Part shown: piece by piece, positions 47,566 to 56,796 of the stretch
Layout of the letters: every line of letters starts with the position of its first letter
Numbering within the stretch: the first letter of the stretch is position 1
NCBI GenBank assembly: GCA_040954595.2
Contig: CM082588.2
Location: forward strand, 6,398,202-6,462,201
Reading direction: 5' to 3'
Origin: Balanoglossus misakiensis
Lineage: Eukaryota; Animalia; Hemichordata
DNA: 64,000 nt
Program-made: the position numbers and the translations under genes
The notes under the pieces: model-generated
Told to the model about the DNA's origin: nothing
The model's input: the letters and a program-made list of their open reading frames with translations, nothing else
Databases searched by the model: none

Positions 47566-49020
47566 CTAATTTCCAACAGCGTTTTGTTCCAGCTGAATTT
47601 CGCCTGCAGAGGCATTGAACATTTTCTGATCCATCGGCTCCGTTTCCGTCGTTCTGTCCGTCGGTATCAGTATACCAAGAGACTGATATGCTGAATGAAG
47701 TGTATTCGGGTCAATGCTTTCGTAGCGGTTTGGCCCTACGTGTACGCGTGGTTCTGGCAGCCCGTTTCTGGGTTCAGTTTGTCGTGATTTACGGATGCAG
47801 AAGATCGTCAGGAAGACTCCAGTTATCAAACCAAGTCCACATACACCTATCACACCGCCGAACAAAATATGTGCAGAGTTGTGGTCTTTATAACTCGTTT
47901 TCCCACGTACAAAAACATCTGTGGTCTTAGCAGTTGTGCTGGGCTGTACACTCATTGCCTTGCTTGACAAGCCAACCCTAGCAGTCGTTGTTACACCTAC
48001 GTCGACGTTTAAGATACCAGAGGAAGCTGTTGATTCTCCAATATCATTCACAGCTGTACAGCTAACGTTATATACGCCACTGTTTTCTTGTGAAAAGTTA
48101 GCCATTATTAGCTCACTTCCATCGTGGTTTGTCTGAACGTCGAACGTTTCCTCTGCTGTATTTGACCACAAATACAATGTCACTGGAGGATTTGCATCGG
48201 CGACACACGTGTAGGTAATGACTTGTGTTTCCACGGTAACCGTGTGTGATGACGGCGAAAGTTGGACGATTGGCTTGTACTGTACATTGAATGGACCTAA
48301 CTGACATGTTTTGTTTGTGTCAAAGGCAGGGTGAAATCCTGTACAGATGAATGTGGCAGAGTTTTCTTGTGGTGTCGGTGTCCATTTGTAGAAAAGAACA
48401 TTTGTGCCATTAAGTGTGCCTCTTTGTGCATTAGTCTCATCGTCTGGATACCCTTGTCTGGACCAATCCGTTCTTATTGCAGGAACGCCTGTAGTATCTG
48501 ACAGACAATACAAATACAGCGGATTACCTTCGATCACGTTGAAATCGTCATTGTTGGGGTCGTCATCACCGATTGAACATCGAACAAAACCAATTTGCGG
48601 ATACACATAGACATCTAGACGAGCCACACGCGATTCTAGCGGAGGCGTTGTCATCACCTTACAGTGGTAGTTGCCTGTGTCCAATCGAGCATAGTCTTTC
48701 CCCGTTACGATCGATAGGCTGGATGTCGTATTGATTCCATTAACAGAGGTGGTAAGAGTATACCGACTGTTGGGCAAGGACAATCTGATGTCTTGTTCCC
48801 CATTTTTGTACCAATCAATGCTATAGCCCTCTGGCAAGTCCTTGATGACACAGCTGAACGTTACAGTGACGTTGTAGACTTCACCGTACGGATATATCTG
48901 TGTCAAGTCTGCAGGTTCCGTCTCGAACGAAGGGGTTGAAGTGACCGACACAACATTGAAGTACACAGCAGCCAATACACACAAAGTCAGTCTGGTTAGA
49001 TGTCTTCGAAAAGTAGCCAT
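47566..49020 (-). CDS. Ig receptor 8: 3 Ig domains, TM, short tail with one ITAM-like motif; intronless
   Basis: Signal MATFRRHLTRLTLCVLAAVYFNVVS; shorter, divergent D1; YESI-DPNTLHSA-YQSL (47677-47724) = YxxI-x8-YxxL. Confidence 0.9.
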   Translation of the reverse strand: MATFRRHLTRLTLCVLAAVYFNVVSVTSTPSFETEPADLTQIYPYGEVYNVTVTFSCVIKDLPEGYSIDWYKNGEQDIRLSLPNSRYTLTTSVNGINTTSSLSIVTGKDYARLDTGNYHCKVMTTPPLESRVARLDVYVYPQIGFVRCSIGDDDPNNDDFNVIEGNPLYLYCLSDTTGVPAIRTDWSRQGYPDDETNAQRGTLNGTNVLFYKWTPTPQENSATFICTGFHPAFDTNKTCQLGPFNVQYKPIVQLSPSSHTVTVETQVITYTCVADANPPVTLYLWSNTAEETFDVQTNHDGSELIMANFSQENSGVYNVSCTAVNDIGESTASSGILNVDVGVTTTARVGLSSKAMSVQPSTTAKTTDVFVRGKTSYKDHNSAHILFGGVIGVCGLGLITGVFLTIFCIRKSRQTEPRNGLPEPRVHVGPNRYESIDPNTLHSAYQSLGILIPTDRTTETEPMDQKMFNASAGEIQLEQNAVGN

Positions 49021-50385
49021 ATCTTTTTTGGCGAAAAGGTGTTAGAATACCGTACCACCTCAACGATCCGCTTAATAAACACCAGAGGTTATAGGTTATT
49101 CCCCCACCCAGGTACTTCATGCAAAGTCACCCATATCCATTGTTCACAACAACAAGAAAGTATCGGGGCATGACAGACGCAGCTAATCCTACCATGAAGC
49201 CTCGCTTCCCTGGTAGCATTATAGTGCCAGAAATTTCAGACACTCCTACACTTAAAATTGTATACAGCAGCCCCCCCCCCCTCCCTCCCCGTTAAAGCTA
49301 TGAGCTATCTTTGCCGACACAGACCCACAGATTTTTTCCATGGACCTAGGCCTGAAATAAGGCGAAATATTTTGACCAACCGTGTGTATTCCATGGTTTC
49401 TTTTTAAGTACATAGAAATATGTATCTGTTTGCGGCAACATTTGAACAATACAACTTGTTTGGGTAAATCTGAGTGTAAAAATCAAACATGAAACATCCT
49501 ACAACAGACTGACGCAGGGCTCTTCTACAAATCTCCTCTGATTTGATAAAAATGAATAACTAAACAAACACACGGAAAGAAAGCTAAATGTAAAGACACT
49601 AGTAATTGTCTATGGCATTCGACGAAATAAAATGGCCAATCATCACAGAAATAAAATACAAATGTAGTATTAAGTTTGAGATTAGATCGCCGTCAGAATA
49701 CATCCTCATCCATCCACCCATCCATCCATATACAGGCCATACGCAATTGTCGACGGTATCAGAACTTCTGGAAGATCAATCATCACACGAGAACATTTTC
49801 ATGGCCAGAAATATTATTTAAACAGTCGACGTCTACTTCCAGACCGAGATAAACAGAGGCAAAAGTTACATAGTCGCGAGATGGCGCTTTCGAAAATTAC
49901 ATCAAGGTATGATCGTGAGCCAATAGTGTCTGCTGATTCTTCAACGGCACGCAAGCTGTAACTTTTGCTGGTTTCAGTATCTTTACAGCTACAATTTCTT
50001 ATCGCAGATATTTGAGGGGGCTATTAAGCCATTGGCAAACGCTACAATTGTACTGTCTCATTGAGGTCGAAGTCATCCAGATTGATTTGATGGGGCGTGT
50101 CGGCTTAGTCAGAGGTCGGTTGAAAACCAAAGGAGAATTTTCTTTGGAATTCTTGTGAACACAGAAGACCGGTTGATAAACCCACAGTGGTCACACGATG
50201 ATATTTTCCAGGCAATCTCGTCTAGACTCAATTCAAATGATATGATTGTCACAATCATCAGTGTTTCTTGTTTGCGGCTATTTAAGAGACAGAATGTCAC
50301 GAACTGGCTCCTCGTAGTAGATAAGTCAGCGCTTTGACGATGTCATTAATTCTCGATTGCCGCATTCCAGCCTGAAAAGTGGGCC

Positions 50386-50610
50386 ACATACATACATACA
50401 TACATACATACATACATACATACATACATACATACATACATACATACATACATACATACATACATACATACATACATACATACATACATACATACATACA
50501 TACATACATACATACATACATACATACATACATACATACATACATACATACATACATACATACATACATACATACATACATACATACATACATACATACA
50601 TACATACATA
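50386..50610. repeat. Long perfect (CATA)n microsatellite, ~56 units
   Basis: Read directly; it produces the spurious MYVC/HTYI ORFs. Confidence 0.98.
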
Positions 50611-53090
50611 ATCATACACACACATCAGCTACAGAACTAAATAATCAGGGTCTGGGTCTAGTGTCCCTAAACAGATATTCCCACGCGGTCAAGAATACGT
50701 AAGCTCACACACATACACAAGCACATAAAACGGCATGGAATATTTCTGTCGGCTGTGAATGGAATATTTATCACACGTGCTGATTGGGCGTTCATGAGAT
50801 CGTCTAGACAATAAACTCCCACGATAATATGTTATTAAGCGCCTAATATTTTATGGCAGAGTACTCCACGGTATTATGTTTCAAATTTTAAATTCGTTTA
50901 GACACAAGATACTTGGTACACGTGACTTGTCCCTGTACTACGGAGTTTGATTTCGTATGACGTCATTTTTTGTTTGCCATCAACATTTTTCCCATAAAAA
51001 ATCTTCTCACTGTTGGCCAGGGGAGTGTAAATATCTTTTTCGTGTTGACAAAGCTTCACACAACAAAGTTTTACAATGTCGCTGTTTTTCCATCAGAGAA
51101 TTTGAAGCTCCCAATGACGATTCTTTTCCATTGAACAAACACACATATAATACGGTCAAATCAGGTTAACACCGTCCTCAGTTCAAAATGTCCCTTGACC
51201 TACTTTCTGCGGAGGGTTATTGATATCTTCCTGTACAGCAAAGTCTTTTGAAACTCCCCTTCCGGTCAGAAACATCACAAACAGTTGCAGGAGTAAACTG
51301 TATGCCATAAATAAGTGACTGGTCACTTATCGCTATTCACAGAAACTAGACAAGGGGAAATTAGCATTCATACGAAGGTATCAGTCCTATTCAGCCTTAA
51401 ACGTCTTCCTGTACTCGAAGCAATGGAGTTTGAACTTTTGGTTAAAGGGTAACCCTTGACAGACACTGACATTTTTCTTTCGGTCTGCAACTATTTTGTC
51501 TCGATATATCTCCCCCCCCCCTCACCTCGAGATACAAAATGTCTTTATATCCTTCAATGAGAATAATACACACATTCCACGCGGTATTCAAATAGCCATG
51601 CGCGACGATACATCATCGCCTTGCAGTTGCTAAGGGCAACTGCTCAACCCGCGCCTATATGTCCACGATCCAGCGGCTGCGTTCAATCAGAATACAATGT
51701 ATTATGCGTATACCCTATTCCTCAATGGGAAGTGGTATCAATGCGACCCATTGAGGGTTTTGTGTCACAGAGGGCGTGATGTCTACTGACTTGTTTACTG
51801 TACAATAAACCAGAAGTACACGTCAACGATAAATCTCCCATCCGACGATATCGGGCCACCTGTACAAAGAACTGGTCATAAATTAATCCACGGTAAATAA
51901 ATCTGATTCAAAGTATTTCAACCCGTTGGCAACACCTTAGGGCGATCCACACTCACGCCCTCTCAACACAAGTTAGACACACGTGACAATAAACACTGGT
52001 GTGATATGGTTTAACTCTCGAGATAACACACAGTTGAAGCTGATAGTGGTATCCTAGTATTATGTACGTGAGAGACACCAAGCAACGATAAAACAAACTT
52101 CAACAAAACAAAATCTGCAGTAGCAACCCACGTTATATGTCTATTCGTTTTCAAATAGAAAAGAACCCCTCATACAGAGAATGACACCGCATATGTACAA
52201 AAAGTTGTAAAATCAATAAATATAAACAATAAACATATTTTTTCTGATGAGTTAGATAGTGGAAATTATTATTTGCATATCGTTAATCGTTTGACGTGTC
52301 GAAACTGAAATACTAGTCACGACAGTTTTGATCTTCGAAACAAAAGCCGATATGATTCGGAAATATGACTCGGAAACTACATCCGTCTTGAAACAGAGAC
52401 TGCGTATGTATTAAAACCACCCATTTGCAAGAGTCCATACTGACACGCAAACCAACTTCAACAGTGGGCTTGTTGGTACGTCTGTTTTCACATCACACCC
52501 CATCCACCTGGGGTGGGGGTGGGGGCTCGTTCCTCGCCCGCTCCCTCAGTTCATTGCAAATGAAACTGAACGTATAATCTTAACTGTTCAACATGTGTTC
52601 ATGGCTATATACATTGAGACTGGTTAAGAAACCATTATATCGAGATTAAAGCGATTTAATGTGGACAGCACGTTCTTAATGGCTTTAAGTTGTAAAACAT
52701 GCCTTCGCTTGGCCTGTCGTCGACCACCATCTATACAAATTGAGATCACGTGACGGTTAAGCAGGGTAATGAAAGGAATTGGTGGAATTCGCTCTCGAGT
52801 GTTTTGATCTGTCCAGGCATGCGTGGCGACCGCTAGCTGCCCCGGGGAAAGTTATTTACGAGTGCCGCAAACATGCATAACTTCATACGCAGTAGAGGTA
52901 AAGCGTGTCACGGTACTTCGAACTGTTTTTTCGCAGCGTTCAGCATCAGTTGTGTCTTGGGAGACAAAACGCCCTATTACTGTGGCATATTAACATGTAA
53001 TTTCGCTTTTCTTTGAAATTAGCTCTGGTTGCAAAATTAACTATCACTGTTTATGATGTCCGATAGCTGAGTTGGTGTTTTTTAAACGAA

Positions 53091-54440
53091 TTATAAAGGT
53101 ATCGTGTCCATTTTGGTATAACTCTCCCCGTCCACTGACGTCATGGACTGGTAGTGTTCTTTTTCATTTTCTTCGACGTCTTTGGTGTTAACGTCACTGT
53201 TTATTGTCGTCATATTAAGCATGCTGCTGTGTTGGCTTGATGATTTGCTTCGGGAAGACGTCAGCGATGTCTGGCTCGGCGTCATTTTCCGCGAATCTGC
53301 GAGACCGTTGGCCTCCCGGGTGTCTGTGACGACGTCCGGGTTCGTCACGGTCGGCGGGGCGTGCTCCGATCTCTGCTTCCAGTACACCTCCCCGGTGTCG
53401 AGAGAGAGGGTCCCGAGACCCAAGGGTTGTCCCGACGCGTCTGTCTGCTGCTGGGCGCCCTTGTGGGTGGTGCCCTGCCAGCCGAAGTCGGACGCGGCCG
53501 TTACCTCGTATTTGCGGTTGTTGTATTCGTATTCATAATCGTCATCGTCGTCGTCGAATCTGTGTCTCAGTTTCAGAGCGATGACGACGATCAGGATGAT
53601 GATGAGGGCTATGAACGCGAGAGAGGCGCCGATCGATATGCCGATGATTTCACTCGTGGTGAAACCGGCTGTTTCGGTCTTGCGTGGCGCGGACACGGTG
53701 AGCGGGCCGACCTCGCACGTTCTGAAGACCGAGTACGCGTGGTGGGTCTCCGCGCACATCAGGATGGCACCGTCGTCGTCCGCGCTGGGAGTCCACTCAT
53801 ACTCCGCGAAGAGTTTACCGTCCTGGGTCGTCCCGCTCCGTGTCGACGGCAGACTCGTGTTGTCATGCCTACGGAACCATTCCAGTCTGGTCTCCGGTAT
53901 GTTCGCCACCGTCACGCACGTAACGACGGCCGCGACGCCGGCGCTGTAGTTGTACGGCGGCGCGTCTGGTATGCATCTGGGGTAGTTCGAATCGATCATG
54001 GAGACGACGTGCACCCTGACCTCGGCGTCCGGGGTGCGGATCACATCGTCGCCGTCCCTCTTGACGACACACCGGTAGAGGCCGCTATCGGCCGTGGCCG
54101 TGGCGGCAGTGACCTCTCTGATCTCCAGAGTAAACAACTTGTCATCAACGCTGGACACAACATACCTGTCAGAATCGACGACGTCTGCATCCTCAACAAC
54201 CAACTGGTCGTTATCGCTGATCGATTGGTTGTCCTTATACCAGGACAGGGTATGGTCCGATCCGAAGTTAATCACATAACAACGCAGTGTTATTGTCTTA
54301 GACGAGTATTCCCCTTGCAGGACAATCACTTCATCCTCCGGTTCGATCAGAAACGATGGCCGCTGCGGTTGTGCCAGCCGCAAGACGGAAAACAACACCG
54401 CCCAAAGAAACACCACCCACTGTCCCGAATGAGCGCACAT
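53091..54440 (-). CDS. Ig receptor 9 (divergent): signal peptide, 2 Ig domains, TM, tail with DDDDDDYEYEY and C-terminal YxxM-x7-YxxM; intronless
   Basis: PSFLIEPED..ITLRC..W..DSGLYRC; D2 ending CEVGPLTV (compare CQLGPFNV); TM IIGISIGASLAFIALIIILIVVIAL; EHYQSM-TSVDGES-YTKM (53109-53153). Confidence 0.9.
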   Translation of the reverse strand: MCAHSGQWVVFLWAVLFSVLRLAQPQRPSFLIEPEDEVIVLQGEYSSKTITLRCYVINFGSDHTLSWYKDNQSISDNDQLVVEDADVVDSDRYVVSSVDDKLFTLEIREVTAATATADSGLYRCVVKRDGDDVIRTPDAEVRVHVVSMIDSNYPRCIPDAPPYNYSAGVAAVVTCVTVANIPETRLEWFRRHDNTSLPSTRSGTTQDGKLFAEYEWTPSADDDGAILMCAETHHAYSVFRTCEVGPLTVSAPRKTETAGFTTSEIIGISIGASLAFIALIIILIVVIALKLRHRFDDDDDDYEYEYNNRKYEVTAASDFGWQGTTHKGAQQQTDASGQPLGLGTLSLDTGEVYWKQRSEHAPPTVTNPDVVTDTREANGLADSRKMTPSQTSLTSSRSKSSSQHSSMLNMTTINSDVNTKDVEENEKEHYQSMTSVDGESYTKMDTIPL

Positions 54441-54630
54441 ACCTGTATCAGTTCAGCACGTACCGCTGTCCATGGTTTTATGGCGTAGTAGGCCAAAAAT
54501 ATGGTAAAATTTCACCGATCAAGTCAACGTGATATGCGACACGATGAAACGCGACGCACCCATGTCAGTTACATACACGCACTCTATCTGCTGTCCCAGT
54601 GCAGTGCAGCGCAGTGTGCATACGTATTTT

Positions 54631-54651
54631 CACTTCCGGCATCCGGGTACT
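54631..54651 (-). promoter_or_regulatory. Tandem ETS sites upstream of receptor 9
   Basis: Minus strand AGTACCCGGATGCCGGAAGTG, i.e. ACCCGGATG followed by the canonical CCGGAAGTG. Confidence 0.6.
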
Positions 54652-56796
54652 ATAAATAGTTGACTCGTTAGCGCATCGAGTTCACTTACTTTTTGTGAAC
54701 GGTGGTTAAACCCATTGTGTGGCTCACATACCACTGACCATAGTCTGCCGCCATTGCCTACCTGTGCGAAAGAGTGTAATCGGTTAATCGACATGAGAAT
54801 GGGGCTACCGTGCGGGCAATTGAAAAGACCTACTTTCCTTATGGGGCGTTACTTATATTCAAAGGTTGCGAAGTGTTATTTATGACGTTCATGTATTTAT
54901 TAGGGCTATAATTTTATCAGTTTGTTGAGTTTTGCTATAAAAAGTCATGTTTTCTATAAGCTGATCAGGTTGCTGTTAGACGACTGTCGGTCTGTATGTA
55001 CAGATAACACGAATATATATATATTTTGCATTGAAATATGTTATCATACATTTAGTAGGACCATCATAGACCCAAGGTCTATGTATTGGTGGGATCATGC
55101 ATGTTAATGTAGAGGTCCCCAGAGAATTTGTGCACCGCCGTCTACATATTTACCGTGTTTTTGTGTGTGCACAAAAGCGTAACTGTAAATAGTTTCACAC
55201 CTCGCGAAATCGAAAAATAGCCGGGGTGAAAATTGAGATGTTAATTTCCACTTACGTAAGTCGAGATATATGGTCGACCATATATGCACCCTGCATATTA
55301 GCATAATATGCTAATGAAATATTAATGATGCAATTACATTTAAATATGAATAATATCATCCTGGTGTCCATGTCGCGCGTTATGCAATGGAAGGGAAAGC
55401 ATATCACACTACACGGAATTACCCAATAATGTCGAATGGTCAGTGAGTTCTCGATCAACTTCAACACACAAATACGTCCACAAGGCTTACGCATACATAA
55501 TACATATATAGAGAATATAGGTTTTCATCGTTCACCTTTGACCTGTAGAGCCCTCGGCTAACATTTATCAGGGGAGGGATTTGACAGGCTAGAATGTCGG
55601 CTGTCTCGAAGGAACGTGCGCTGCAACTGAATATTTCCTGCTTCCTTCTATTGTCACGAGATAAATGTCATCATGAGATATTTATATCTATGGTGCGTCA
55701 TGATTAATTGTCAAAATGCCAAGTCTCACAGTGTTGATGTGATGGAAACTGTTTTCTCTGAGTCAGAGCCGTGGCGACCAGTCGTCCAATCGATCTGAAC
55801 AGATCTCGTCCCTTGGTAATGCTGTGAAACCAATCGCTTCATTAATGAGAACAAAATACGTTCATTTATTAAATCAATTCCCACGATGGGTTGATGAGGC
55901 ATGGTGGAGGAATACTTTCACTATCAATCAATTTTGGTATGACTCGTACATGACCCCATAAAACGCAAGCACCGAATTAATATACATGTAATATGTTGGT
56001 GTTTAACATACGATATAGTGGTATCATATTACTCGCAACTCATCTCTAGATACTGTTTCTGACAACAGTAATGAGTTATGGGTTCGTCAATTTTTATTAT
56101 TCTTGGCAATGGAATATGTATGGGTCCTTCTTTTGGTGGAGTCCTAATATCTCCAAAGCCAGCTAAACACGGTAAATGTTGACCATTTCGTTTTCAAAAG
56201 CGCTGTGATATCAAAACGGAAACATATACACTGTTACATTGCACTGAATAAATGGTATCATGAAATATTTCGTAGTTATCATATGAGACGACAATCTATT
56301 TTCAAACTCGACGTCAGAAGACGTCGATATATTTCAGAAAGTTGATAGCGTCAGTCAGCAGAATTGCGTCATGTAGACAATGAGATAAGTGAAACGAAAG
56401 TGGTATGACTTAAATTTCTCCTTCCCCGTATCAATTTAATTCAATCTCGAATACCGACTGCGTGAAGTAACTAAGACTTCAATGCGAAGATGCGTAAAAG
56501 ATGGTCGTTAAATGCCCACATTCCTTGACATGGCTATTTCTGTGGAAATAAACAAAAGGCTTTTTTGTCTGTGCGCGCTATTGTTTATTGGGAAACAAAA
56601 GGCCAGCTGTGCATAACATACGCCCTTTGTACTTGTTGCGTTTGGGTATGACGACAGACATATGTGGGACGCCCTCTGTTATCATTCTGTGTTTGTTCTT
56701 TGTTTTTATTTTAGCTGATCGGCCATTGGGTCCTTGAATATGCCACCAACCAAAACACTCTCTCCTAATCACTGTACCTGTACCGTACACTAGCTT

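Noticed and set aside
47427-47625. Possible frameshifted continuation of the receptor 8 tail (LQAKF resembling LQANI/LKAKI)
   Set aside because: The match is only about 5 codons and the alternative frame contains no Tyr motifs; not supportable by eye.
50297-50702. ORFs of MYVC/HTYI repeats
   Set aside because: Translations of the (CATA)n microsatellite.
50000-50720. Microsatellite-bearing Helentron/DINE-like element around the (CATA)n tract
   Set aside because: Could not identify subterminal inverted repeats or a 3' hairpin with confidence; needs a repeat-library search.
51550-51750. Possible small TIR element containing the palindrome gttgctaagggcaac
   Set aside because: Terminal inverted match is weak and no second copy is present in the window.
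25209-54440. Somatic V(D)J-like rearrangement of the Ig array
   Set aside because: Each gene is complete with its own promoter motif, signal peptide and TM; no heptamer-12/23-nonamer pairs were seen (isolated cacagtg, e.g. 47221, lacks a nonamer).
53361-54488. 375-aa plus-strand ORF (similarly 57007-57666, 37607-38308, 58727-59287)
   Set aside because: Antisense shadows of real minus-strand genes with biased codon usage; no recognisable domains.
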